Part shown: one piece after another, positions 1 through 9,077 of the stretch
Layout: each line of letters begins with the position of its first letter
How positions within the stretch are numbered: the stretch's first letter is position 1
DNA from: an uncultured Nitrospirales bacterium
GTDB lineage: Bacteria > UBA10199 > JADGCS01
Direction: 5' to 3'
Assembly (NCBI GenBank): GCA_964609965.1
Contig: CAZSTS010000001.1
Coordinates: 3,191-67,190 of the forward strand
Length of the DNA stretch: 64,000 nt
Notes under the pieces: generated by a model
Database searches by the model: none
The model's input: only the letters and a program-made list of their open reading frames with translations
What the model was told of the DNA's origin: nothing
Program-made: the position numbers and the translations under genes

Positions 1-684
1 TTCATTGCCGATAGGTTTTTTGTCGTATTTGCGATCTCCTATTGGCACATCAAATCCTTTTTCTTTTTTGAGTAAAGCTCCTACAGGGCATGAGTCCATG
101 GCTTTTTGTGCGAGTTCATTGGTAAGTTTATGGGCTAGTTTGGAATCGATGCTGATTTCGATTTGATGACCTCTTTTGCTATAGGCAAAAATGTTTTTGC
201 CATCTTTATCTTGTATAGCTCTGATGCAGCGTTTACATAGGATGCAACGGTTATGATCTTTGATAAGTTTTGGGTAAGAGGCGTCTACGTTTCGAACAGG
301 AAATTGATAGGGAAAACGAGGCACGATCATTTGAAAGCGATAACCTAATGCTTGTAATTCACAATTACCGCTTTTTTCGCAGCTAGGGCAAAAATGATTT
401 CCTTCAACAAAAAGGACCTCGACAACGGCTTTTCTAAATTCATTAAGGTCATCAGTGTCATTTTCGATTTGCATATTGTCAGTGACAGGTGTTGTGCACG
501 CAGTCATGAGTCGTCCATTAACTCTTACATTGCAAATACGGCATGAACCCCTGGGTTTAATGCCATCCATGTTGCAGAGGGTTGGGATGTAAACACCATT
601 ATCTGCAGCAGCTTCTACAAGGTATTGACCAGGCTTAGCCTGACATTCTTTACCATCAATTGTGAATTTTATTTTTTTACTCAT
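1..684 (-). CDS. NuoG/HoxU-like iron-sulfur subunit, N-terminal part (2Fe-2S ferredoxin + His/Cys 4Fe-4S + 4Fe-4S); C-terminus lies beyond window start
   Basis: Minus-strand translation from ATG at 684 gives MSKKIKFTIDGKECQAKPG...CxxC...NHFCPSCEKSGNCELQ...CILCKRCIRA, a typical NuoG/FdsA/HoxU N-terminus. Sits immediately downstream of the NuoEF-like gene. Confidence 0.6.
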   Translation of the reverse strand, partial: MSKKIKFTIDGKECQAKPGQYLVEAAADNGVYIPTLCNMDGIKPRGSCRICNVRVNGRLMTACTTPVTDNMQIENDTDDLNEFRKAVVEVLFVEGNHFCPSCEKSGNCELQALGYRFQMIVPRFPYQFPVRNVDASYPKLIKDHNRCILCKRCIRAIQDKDGKNIFAYSKRGHQIEISIDSKLAHKLTNELAQKAMDSCPVGALLKKEKGFDVPIGDRKYDKKPIGNE

Positions 685-690
685 AATAAT

Positions 691-2484
691 TTATTTAGGT
701 ATTCTTCCACTTGCTTGACAGGATTCTTTGACAGCGTTTTTAAGATCAAAACTGCTATCAAAATCTTTGTCTTCTTGAATTAAGCTTTCGTAGAGATGGC
801 GAAAGTTTTTGAGTGATCTGATAATTGGGTTTATGGCAGTGTGACCAAGTCCACAGCGATTAGCGAGCATCCAGGGAGCCCAGTCTTCTATGTCTTCAAT
901 GTCTTGTAGAACACCATTTCCTTCGAGGATTTTTAATAGTTTAGCTTTAAACTGAATTGTAAGGGCGCGACAAGGAACACAGGAACCACAAGATTCCTCA
1001 ATAAAAAAGTCCATAAAGCCGAGGACAATATCTCTTAAAAGATCGCGTTCAGGTCCGATAATAACAAGAGAGCCTCCTGTTGAGAGATCTTCGTAACTGA
1101 GTGTGCGGTTAAATTTATTAGGAGCTATAAGGGTTCCAGAGGGGCCTCCTACTTGGACTGCCTGAACATTTTTTGCGCCAATCATTTTCAAGATTTCATT
1201 TACAGTAAATCCCCATTCAACTTCGTAGATTCCTGGGATGGGGCAATCACCAGAGATGCTGAGAACTTTTGTGCCAGAAGATTTTTTTGTGCCAAAGGAT
1301 CGATACCAAGTAGCTCCATTGAGAATAACTTTTGTAACAGAGCAAAGGGTTTCGACATTATTCACAACTGTCGGGCAATTGAGGTAGCCACTTTCAACAG
1401 GAAAGGGAGGGCGGTCACGGGGCTCTCCGCGTTTTCCTTCGGCAGATTCAATGAGGGCTGATTCTTCGCCACAGACATAAGCTCCAGCGCCAAATTGAAT
1501 GCGGATGTCAAAATTAAACCCTTTTTTCCCTAAGATGTTTTTGCCAAGGTATTTGTTTTTGCGTGCTTCTTCTAAAATGCTTTCAAGAAAACCTTGAAGG
1601 TATTTGTACTCGTGTCTGATGTAAAGAATGCCTTTGGTTGCTCCAATGGCGTAGCCAGCAATAACCATGCCTTCGAACATAAGTCGTGGTCTTTCGGTGA
1701 GGAGTACTCGGTCTTTAAATGTGCCGGGTTCACCTTCGTCCGCATTGCAAAAAATATATTTTTCTTTTCCTTTGGCTTTGCGACAGAGTTCCCATTTGAG
1801 GCCTGTTGGAAAACCAGCTCCTCCTCGACCTCTGATGCTCGAGAACTTAATTTCTTTGATAACTTCATCGGGCTTCATTTTGATAACAGATTTAATAGCT
1901 GAGCCGATTTCGTATTTTTTATCGAGCACAGGGCCAATTTTTCGAATATTATTATTCACCATCGCGTTGATGAGAGGGTGGCTGTTTTTGCTATCGCCAG
2001 ATCCTTCGACAACAATGTCTTCGAGTTTCTTTCCAACTTTAATATCATTAATAATTTCTTTGGCACGAAAAGGTGTGAGTTTAGTAAAAGGGATATTATT
2101 GATAAGAGCTGCTGGTTCTTGGTCACTCATTCCAATACAGGATGTTTTGTAAAGACCGATAAAACCATTAGGACCCAATTGCCCAAATTCACAGCCAACA
2201 GCTTCTTCAAATGCTTTTGCCACTTCATCACTGCCCATCATTTTAGCAACAACACTATCATTGAGATAAATTGTAAATTTGCCACGGTCTTTTTTTGAAA
2301 AGAAATGATAGAAAGACAGGGTTTGTTCAATATCAGCCTGTGAAATATTGAGGCGATCGGCAATAAATGAACAGACTTCGTTTGTAACACAGCTGTATTC
2401 TGATTGAATATCAATGAGGATGTCCATGAGGCGCGTTTTATCGTTTTTATATTTACTTAACGTGTTTTTCAGGAATTTATTCAT
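691..2484 (-). CDS. NAD(H)-binding NuoF/HoxF-like flavoprotein with N-terminal NuoE-like extension (fused 51-kDa/24-kDa-type subunit)
   Basis: Motifs GRGGAGFPTGLKWE (FMN/NADH site) and ESCGSCVPCR (4Fe-4S) in the 597-aa ORF. The N-terminal ~150 aa is thioredoxin-like with Cys residues. Confidence 0.8.
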   Translation of the reverse strand: MNKFLKNTLSKYKNDKTRLMDILIDIQSEYSCVTNEVCSFIADRLNISQADIEQTLSFYHFFSKKDRGKFTIYLNDSVVAKMMGSDEVAKAFEEAVGCEFGQLGPNGFIGLYKTSCIGMSDQEPAALINNIPFTKLTPFRAKEIINDIKVGKKLEDIVVEGSGDSKNSHPLINAMVNNNIRKIGPVLDKKYEIGSAIKSVIKMKPDEVIKEIKFSSIRGRGGAGFPTGLKWELCRKAKGKEKYIFCNADEGEPGTFKDRVLLTERPRLMFEGMVIAGYAIGATKGILYIRHEYKYLQGFLESILEEARKNKYLGKNILGKKGFNFDIRIQFGAGAYVCGEESALIESAEGKRGEPRDRPPFPVESGYLNCPTVVNNVETLCSVTKVILNGATWYRSFGTKKSSGTKVLSISGDCPIPGIYEVEWGFTVNEILKMIGAKNVQAVQVGGPSGTLIAPNKFNRTLSYEDLSTGGSLVIIGPERDLLRDIVLGFMDFFIEESCGSCVPCRALTIQFKAKLLKILEGNGVLQDIEDIEDWAPWMLANRCGLGHTAINPIIRSLKNFRHLYESLIQEDKDFDSSFDLKNAVKESCQASGRIPK

Positions 2485-2494
2485 AATGGATTCA

Positions 2495-2554
2495 CCCCGT
2501 TAGAACAATTTGGAGAGTGACCAGGCGCTTTTCTCATAAATTGCTCTAACGGGG
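2495..2554. promoter_or_regulatory. 16-bp inverted repeat (ccccgttagaacaatt / aattgctctaacgggg) in the 5' leader of the NuoEF-like gene
   Basis: The two arms are exact reverse complements apart from one mismatch and are separated by 28 bp. They start 11 bp upstream of the start codon at 2484. Confidence 0.4.
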
Positions 2555-2720
2555 TTCACCTATGCTTGTGTTTCTATACCTAGCACCTCGATTCCAAACT
2601 AAAAGGCATGTTAATATGTTACTCGGTGCAGGCACCTACAAAAGTGATATTATAACCGAATGACTATAATATCAGAGAGATATATTATCTTTTTTGTCTC
2701 GTAGTTTCAATAAGACAATT

Positions 2721-2830
2721 GTCATGAGTGATGAGTGATGAGTGATGAGAGCAGATTCTAAGTGCCAGGTACATGATGTCAGATACTAGCTACCAGATGC
2801 TAGATGCTTGATGGAGGATAGGACAGGAGT
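2721..2830. repeat. Degenerate short-word tandem repeats (GATGAGT x3; CCAGATGCTAGATGCTTGATGG)
   Basis: Direct reading: gtcatgagtgatgagtgatgagtgatgagag ... ctagctaccagatgctagatgcttgatgg. An inverted relative is at 16478-16510. Confidence 0.6.
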
Positions 2831-3017
2831 AAACAAATCCACTCATCTATTATCATATTGATAATAGGGTGTCTCAGTCCCCCAGAAATCCCAATAATGA
2901 GACTCGAACACCCATTAAAGCTGACATGGGATATGAAATAAATGAAGCAAAAACCGGAAAAGACAATGATATCAATTAGATATGAAAGTTTCGATTTTTT
3001 TTAAAATTCTCCAAAGT

Positions 3018-3034
3018 TGGCAGGGCAATTGCAT
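3018..3034 (+). promoter_or_regulatory. Sigma-54 (RpoN) -24/-12 promoter candidate TGGCAGG-N4-TTGCAT
   Basis: GG (3019-3020) and GC (3031-3032) are separated by exactly 10 nt. TGGCA and TTGCA cores match the consensus. It lies 39 bp upstream of the ATG at 3073. Confidence 0.55.
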
Positions 3035-3072
3035 ACATAGATAGAGAGAATCAAAAAGCAAAAGGAGTAGTT

Positions 3073-3420
3073 ATGAAAAAGCAAAATCTACAAACAGTTC
3101 AAAGAGAAGACAGTTTAGAAGATAAATTAGAGCAGGTTGATAATGAGTTTAAGGACTTCCTAGCTAGTCTATCTTATAAAAGAGAATTTGGACCTGATAA
3201 ATTAAGAACATTCAGTCCTTTAGATGCTGTTGCAGATTTTGAACAATATGGCATCCAGTCAGTTCGCGAAGTAACTCGTGAAGAGATGTTAGAGCAAGAT
3301 GCTGGTATTAATAAACTTTTGGCTAATATGCTTGATCAGTGTCAACCAGGTGCTTTGAGCGAAGAAGATGTAAAGCAGATTACTGGAATTAATGGACGCG
3401 AAGTTCATGCAGGACTTTAA
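3073..3420 (+). CDS. Hypothetical acidic protein (115 aa)
   Basis: ORF with SD aaaggag 7 nt upstream of the ATG. No recognisable motif. Confidence 0.55.
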   Translation: MKKQNLQTVQREDSLEDKLEQVDNEFKDFLASLSYKREFGPDKLRTFSPLDAVADFEQYGIQSVREVTREEMLEQDAGINKLLANMLDQCQPGALSEEDVKQITGINGREVHAGL

Positions 3421-3478
3421 AAAAGGGGTCAACTAGAGTATAATATTTAATTAATGTAAACTGTAATGAGAGGTATCT

Positions 3479-3964
3479 ATGGCAGGCGAAATTGTAATTC
3501 CAAAATTTGAAGTAAGTATAACAACCCCAAGTAATAAAGAAGCTTCAGCAGATGTCGCATTAGACAAAAATGGTAAAAAAGCGCTTTCTGGAGTTGTAAC
3601 TCCTGGTGAAAATTATGCAAAAGCGGATCCAAAGCAAGAATATACAAAACCAACACTTAGAGCGAGCTTACATGGTACCTCGCCTCTGAAAGCAGAATCT
3701 GCTGTAGCTAAAAATGAATCAAAAACCTATGGAGAGATGACTCTCATTTGTGATCTTGGAACTGTGGAATGTAATTTAGAAACAGCTGGAATAGGCGTTG
3801 CAGCAGCAGAAGGTGATGCTGTTACTGAAGTAGAAGAAATTTCAGTAGAAGCTATGAAGGAGCAGTTTACTATTACTCAGTTTGTGGATAGAATGGCTGA
3901 TGCAGGAAATGAAAGCTTGGATGCATTAGCAGACTTAGAAGATTCAGAAGATGAGATAGTATAA
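3479..3964 (+). CDS. Hypothetical acidic protein (161 aa)
   Basis: ORF following the 3073 gene, ending in an acidic tail DLEDSEDEIV. Followed by a hairpin+T terminator. Confidence 0.55.
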   Translation: MAGEIVIPKFEVSITTPSNKEASADVALDKNGKKALSGVVTPGENYAKADPKQEYTKPTLRASLHGTSPLKAESAVAKNESKTYGEMTLICDLGTVECNLETAGIGVAAAEGDAVTEVEEISVEAMKEQFTITQFVDRMADAGNESLDALADLEDSEDEIV

Positions 3965-3997
3965 GTTTAACGAGATTCAGCAATAAGAAAAGAATTC

Positions 3998-4028
3998 AAA
4001 GACAGGCCAAAAGCCTGTCTTTTTTTAT
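3998..4028 (+). terminator. Rho-independent terminator (agacaggc-caaaa-gcctgtct + TTTTTTT)
   Basis: 8-bp perfect stem followed by a 7-T tract, directly after the stop at 3964. Confidence 0.75.
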
Positions 4029-4072
4029 CTATTCTTCCATAGGTGCATAGGCGCTTAGGAGCCTAGGCGCGT

Positions 4073-5164
4073 TTATACATCCCCAAAACTCGTGCCCACA
4101 GACTTGGCTGCTTGAATAATGGGGGAATCAGGAATGACAAGGCGTTGTTTATTGGCAATTTCGTCAAGCTTTGTTGTGGCCATTTCGGTTCCTCTTAAAC
4201 CTACCATCACACCAAAGTTTCCTTCAGCAACAAGCTTCATGGCTTTTTGTCCAAAAAGAGTCGCCAGAACTCTGTCATGGGCTGTAGGGGAACCACCGCG
4301 TTGAAGATGTCCTAAGATGGTGGCTCTGGAAGAAATGCCTGTCATGTTTTCAATTTCACGGGCCAACCAGATACCAATACCACCTAGTCTGATTGGATCG
4401 TGACTGCCTTCATCACGTGTTTTGATTTTGTACTCGCCACTTGGCATTTTAACACCTTCTGAAATCACAACAATGCTAAAACGCTTGCCACGCTTGCTTC
4501 TCTCATGAACTCGTTTACAGACATTTTCTAAGCTGTATTTAATTTCTGGAATGAGAATAATATCACCACCACCAGCAAGGCCACCGTAAAGTGCCAACCA
4601 TCCAGCGTAACGTCCCATTGTCTCAACAATCATGACTCTGTGATGAGATTGAGCTGTGGTGTGCAGGCGATCAATGGCTTCGGCAATCACATGAACAGAG
4701 GTATCAAAGCCAAAAGTGACATCTGTTCCAAACAAATCATTATCAATTGTTTTAGGAACACCAACAACAGGGATGCCTTTCTTCATTAGCACATGGGCAA
4801 TACTTAAAGTGCCATCACCACCGATACAAACGAGCGCGTCTAGGCCAGCTTTTTTAACGTTGGCAATAACTTTATCAGAGCAGTCTTTTGGTTTGCCTGA
4901 ATGATCAATGTCAAAAGAAAAGGGGTTGGCACGGTTTGAGGAACCTAAGATCGTGCCGCCTTGTGATAGGATGCCGCTCACGTTTTCGTATTTTAAATTC
5001 ACCATTTTATCGAGGATAAGGCCTTCATAACCATCTTTAATTCCCACACAGGATATATCGTGATCGTTCATGGCTGTTTTAGCTACAGCGCGAATAACAG
5101 CATTAAGGCCAGGGCAGTCACCACCACCAGTGAGGATGCCGATTTTTGATATTTTATTAGTCAT
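4073..5164 (-). CDS. pfkA: 6-phosphofructokinase
   Basis: Motifs GILTGGGDCPGLNA, GGDGT, IVETMGRYAGWLA and PIRLGG. Start placed at the second Met (MTNKISK), which is preceded by aaggga. The ORF-track start is 5179. Confidence 0.85.
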   Translation of the reverse strand: MTNKISKIGILTGGGDCPGLNAVIRAVAKTAMNDHDISCVGIKDGYEGLILDKMVNLKYENVSGILSQGGTILGSSNRANPFSFDIDHSGKPKDCSDKVIANVKKAGLDALVCIGGDGTLSIAHVLMKKGIPVVGVPKTIDNDLFGTDVTFGFDTSVHVIAEAIDRLHTTAQSHHRVMIVETMGRYAGWLALYGGLAGGGDIILIPEIKYSLENVCKRVHERSKRGKRFSIVVISEGVKMPSGEYKIKTRDEGSHDPIRLGGIGIWLAREIENMTGISSRATILGHLQRGGSPTAHDRVLATLFGQKAMKLVAEGNFGVMVGLRGTEMATTKLDEIANKQRLVIPDSPIIQAAKSVGTSFGDV

Positions 5165-5471
5165 AGGATTTCCCTTCATGAGGGTTCTTATTTAAAGTTG
5201 GCTTTATGTCAATTGAAACGGAGTGTTTGCACTAGGTTTTTTTTGTCTCTTCCTTTCAAACGGAAAAAAATGCAGGTCGATTTTCCAAATTGCGCCATTT
5301 TTGAAGGCCAGCGTTGCTGGCGGACAAAAATGACGGCAAGTATTTATTAATCGCTCCATTTTTTAATCGTTTTCAAGGAAGAGACGGGTGTTTTTTTGCC
5401 TTACGGCAACGCTGGTTCCAAAACCTTCCTCAATTATGGTGTGATGATGGTGACAGCAGTGAAAGGGTAGT

Positions 5472-6152
5472 TTAAGTCTTAATAATAATCTCAACTCTTC
5501 GATTTTTGGCGCGACCCTCAGGGTTATCAGACCCATCAGTATTTTCATTAGGGGCTATGGGCTCTAATTCTCCAAGACCTTTTGTTGTGATGATGTCTTT
5601 AGAAATCCCCCCATTAATCACTAACCAATCTTTAACAGACAATGCGCGCTTTTCAGAGAGCTTTTGATTGTACTCGTCACTTCCTTTTGCATCAGTGTGA
5701 CCAATGATTTGAATTGTCTTGGCCTTTTTCTGAGCGATAAGGGAGACTTTTGAAAGTTCTGTGGCAGCAATATCTTTAATGGTGGCTTTATCAAAATCAA
5801 AAAGAACATCGCTGGACAAATCGATTTTGATTTCGAACTTAGTCTCTTGTGCCTTAAGATCCTTCATGGCTGCTTCCAAATCTTTAACAGTAGAAACAAG
5901 CCCTAGTCCTTGAGAATTAATGTCAGCCTGGTCTGAACCTGTATTAGCATCCAACCCTAAGATTGTGTGGCTTACAGAAGGAGCCAGTTTGATAGCGCCA
6001 CGGTTAGGTCCTAAACGCTCTAAGGCTTTTTTTGCAATCTCATGAACCTCTGGATCAAAAGGTTTATCTACATCCCAGCTCCAAGCAGGAAAAGAGAGAA
6101 TAAGAACGAAGAAGAAAACAAGGAGGGCAGATTTTTGTTTGAAATTTATCAT
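5472..6152 (-). CDS. OmpA-family peptidoglycan-binding protein
   Basis: Signal peptide plus C-terminal OmpA_C motifs (IIGHTDAKGSDEYNQKLSEKRALSV...NRRVEI). Confidence 0.8.
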   Translation of the reverse strand: MINFKQKSALLVFFFVLILSFPAWSWDVDKPFDPEVHEIAKKALERLGPNRGAIKLAPSVSHTILGLDANTGSDQADINSQGLGLVSTVKDLEAAMKDLKAQETKFEIKIDLSSDVLFDFDKATIKDIAATELSKVSLIAQKKAKTIQIIGHTDAKGSDEYNQKLSEKRALSVKDWLVINGGISKDIITTKGLGELEPIAPNENTDGSDNPEGRAKNRRVEIIIKT

Positions 6153-6724
6153 CGTGTTACTGCTACATTTTCAAATGGAATTGCGCTAGGAATAACAAGA
6201 TTGATGATATCAGATGTTGGTGCAGGGAATTTAAACCAAACAACTTGTTTTCCTTGCATGGGCACTTCTACACCACCTCGAAAACAGGCATTGGGGTCAG
6301 ATAATTGATCTTTGCATATTGGCGCGCCAAGCCATTTTTTGTTTTCGTCTTGTAAGACGAGGTATTTCTTTTTGGCCTGATTATCTACATAATAAACATC
6401 GGCAATGGGAAACCCCATTTTTACTCGGGCATTTGTGGTATTTTTATAGAGAAGTACTGTAGTCAGAATGCCATCTTGAACTTTGGCCTGCCTTAAAGTG
6501 ACATCAAAATTTCCGTCCATGCTCATATTAGTAATGGGTAATGGAGTTCCTTTTGGTTTTGGTGGAGGAGGAGGCGGTGGTGGCGGTGCTGTTATGGTTG
6601 TTGCCTGTGGAGTGGGTTCTTGGGTTTTTTGAACAGCTGCATCTGTTTGTGCCTGAACTGAATAAATTTGAAATACGAATGTTGCCAGGATGATGAATAC
6701 GAGATAATATTTTTTGCTAAGCAT
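6149..6724 (-). CDS. Secreted proline-rich protein (PPPPPPPPPKPKG)
   Basis: Signal peptide MLSKKYYLVFIILATFVFQIYSVQA. Start overlaps the stop of the OmpA-family gene as ATGA, i.e. an operon. Confidence 0.6.
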   Translation of the reverse strand: MLSKKYYLVFIILATFVFQIYSVQAQTDAAVQKTQEPTPQATTITAPPPPPPPPPKPKGTPLPITNMSMDGNFDVTLRQAKVQDGILTTVLLYKNTTNARVKMGFPIADVYYVDNQAKKKYLVLQDENKKWLGAPICKDQLSDPNACFRGGVEVPMQGKQVVWFKFPAPTSDIINLVIPSAIPFENVAVTR

Positions 6725-6860
6725 GTTACGCCTCCGTTTATGTTAACACAAATAGTTTAGCCCATTCTTATTAGCTTATAACCTCTTGTTACAAAGGGCT
6801 CAAGCTTAAATCTTCATAAAATCCTTCCATTTCACCCTTATAAATTCTATAGAACTTTTC

Positions 6861-7634
6861 GTGAAAAAGGGAAGACAACATCATAGCAAAAAGCCTCTGA
6901 CCAATATTCTTTATGGCAAAAACCCTGTTGTAGAGGCCATCAAAGCTGGCAAAAGAAAAACCCATGAGGTTCTTGTGGCGACTTCGGTTCAACAGGCAAA
7001 AGATACAGAGCTGTTTGATGTGGCAAGAAAGCACGGAGTGAAAATCGCGCATGCTGAGATGAGTGAAATTACAAACATCACACAGGGAGCTGTGCATCAA
7101 GGCGTTGTGGCGCGTGTGGGACCCTACCCAGAATATTTCCTAGAAGATACTGTAAAAGAAATGCCTGAAAGAAATCTTGTTCTCGTTTTAGACAGTGTTC
7201 AAGACCCTCAAAATTTTGGCACACTTTGCCGATCTGCTCTTGCGTTTGGTGTGAAAGAAGTGATTGTCCCTCGTGATCGATCAGTACCCATTACAGCAAC
7301 AGTGGCAAAAGCGAGTGCAGGGGCTATTGAGCATTTAAAAATAATATCAGTAACCAACCTTGTGCGTGCCATGGAAGTTCTCAAGAAAAATAAATTTTGG
7401 CTTTATGGGGCATCACTTGATGCTGATTCTCAGGATTTGAATACAATTGACCCTGGCGTTCGGGCTGCAATTGTTTTAGGGTCCGAAGGCAAAGGTCTTC
7501 GTCGCTTGGTTTCCGAAACCTGTGACATAAAAGTAAAAATCCCCATGGCAGCGGGCTTTGATTCTCTTAATGTGGCTCAAGCGGGGACGGTGTTTATGTA
7601 TGAATTTAATAGAAAGTTGGACCTAGGGACCTAA
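6861..7634 (+). CDS. SpoU/TrmH-family RNA 2'-O-methyltransferase (RlmB-like)
   Basis: SpoU motifs LVLDSVQDPQNFGTLCRSALAFG, IVLGSEGKGL and SLNVAQAG. Confidence 0.8.
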   Translation: MKKGRQHHSKKPLTNILYGKNPVVEAIKAGKRKTHEVLVATSVQQAKDTELFDVARKHGVKIAHAEMSEITNITQGAVHQGVVARVGPYPEYFLEDTVKEMPERNLVLVLDSVQDPQNFGTLCRSALAFGVKEVIVPRDRSVPITATVAKASAGAIEHLKIISVTNLVRAMEVLKKNKFWLYGASLDADSQDLNTIDPGVRAAIVLGSEGKGLRRLVSETCDIKVKIPMAAGFDSLNVAQAGTVFMYEFNRKLDLGT

Positions 7635-7729
7635 GGGCCTTTGGGCCTTGGGAAAAAGGCTACGAAAAAACGAGGATACGATGGACGATCAAAAGCAATC
7701 CACTATCCACGATTATCGATTCACAAATT

Positions 7730-9061
7730 ATGTTTAATCATTTATCCGACAAAATAGGCGGAGTCTTCAAGAAGCTTCGCAACACAGGCGTTATTCGAGA
7801 GTCAAATATCCAAGAGGCTATCAGAGAGGTACGTCTTGCATTACTCGAAGCTGATGTTCACGTCACTGTCGTCAAAGAACTTCTTTCTCACATCAAAGAA
7901 CGCGCTTTAGGCCAAGAAGTCATTGGTTCGAACACAGCTGCACAACAATTTTTCACAATTGTTCAAACAGAACTCATCAAAACTTTAGGTGGGGAACAGA
8001 AGAATCTAGTCTTAGATGGAAAGCCACCTCATGTGATTCTCATGGTGGGGCTTCAAGGTTCTGGTAAAACAACAACAGCTGCAAAACTAGCACTCCATTA
8101 CAAAAAAAAGGGGCGAAGACCCTATCTTGTTCCAGCAGACTTTAATCGTCCTGCAGCAGTAGAGCAGTTAAAGACTCTTGCTAGGCAAATTGATATTCAA
8201 GCGTACGACACCAACATCAAAAAAGATCCTATTAAAACAGTCAAAAAAGCTGTGAGCGAAGCTCAGGCACAGTTTACCGATATCGTAATTGTCGATACAG
8301 CAGGGCGCCTTCATGTTGATGATGACATGATGGGTGAGCTCAAAAAGATGCAAAAAAAGCTCGACGAACCAACTGTTCTCTTTGTGGCTGATGCCATGAC
8401 AGGGCAAGAAGCTGTTCATGTGGCTAAAACGTTTCACGATGTCTTAAATATCGACGGTGTTGTACTCACAAAAATGGATGGTGATGCCAGAGGTGGGGCA
8501 GCTCTTTCAATTCAATCAGTAGCAGGTTGTCCTATATATTTTGTTGGGATGGGTGAGAAGCTTAGTGAGCTTGAACCTTTTCATCCAGACCGCCTTGTTT
8601 CTCGTATTCTAGACCGTGGCGACATCATGTCTCTTGTTGAAAAGGCAGAAGGACTCATCGACGAAGACTCTGCACAAGAATTAGCAGAGAAAATGACAAA
8701 GAATGAATTTGATTTAGAAGATTTTAGACAGCAACTTCGTCAGATGAAAAAGCTGGGTTCCATGTCATCTCTCATCAAATTTCTCCCAGGCGCAAAAAAA
8801 ATCACAAAGAATGTGAACATGGATCAGGCTGAAGGCGAGCTTAAGAAAAAAGAAGCTATTATTAATTCCATGACCATTAAAGAGCGTCGCAAACCCAAAA
8901 TTCTTAATGGTTCACGCCGTAGTCGCATTGCTATGGGCAGTGGGACGTCTGTGGCAGATATCAACCGCTTCATGAAGGAATTTGAGCAGATGAGAAAGAT
9001 GATGAAAGGGATGATGGGTGGCAAAATGGCTGCGATGATGTCTAAAATGGGAATGGGGTAA
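7730..9061 (+). CDS. ffh: Signal recognition particle protein Ffh
   Basis: GLQGSGKTTT, DTAGRL, TKMDGDARGGAALS and a Met-rich C-terminal M domain. Confidence 0.92.
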   Translation: MFNHLSDKIGGVFKKLRNTGVIRESNIQEAIREVRLALLEADVHVTVVKELLSHIKERALGQEVIGSNTAAQQFFTIVQTELIKTLGGEQKNLVLDGKPPHVILMVGLQGSGKTTTAAKLALHYKKKGRRPYLVPADFNRPAAVEQLKTLARQIDIQAYDTNIKKDPIKTVKKAVSEAQAQFTDIVIVDTAGRLHVDDDMMGELKKMQKKLDEPTVLFVADAMTGQEAVHVAKTFHDVLNIDGVVLTKMDGDARGGAALSIQSVAGCPIYFVGMGEKLSELEPFHPDRLVSRILDRGDIMSLVEKAEGLIDEDSAQELAEKMTKNEFDLEDFRQQLRQMKKLGSMSSLIKFLPGAKKITKNVNMDQAEGELKKKEAIINSMTIKERRKPKILNGSRRSRIAMGSGTSVADINRFMKEFEQMRKMMKGMMGGKMAAMMSKMGMG

Positions 9062-9077
9062 TTTATTTAAATCTGAT

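Noticed and set aside
1153-2298. Several 100-160-aa ORFs on the + strand inside the NuoEF-like gene
   Set aside because: Antisense to a well-supported conserved CDS. Typical shadow ORFs.
2721-2830. Possible CRISPR array suggested by tandem short repeats
   Set aside because: Units are 7-8 bp and degenerate, with no 25-40-bp repeat/spacer periodicity. No cas genes. No CRISPR array is evident anywhere in the window.
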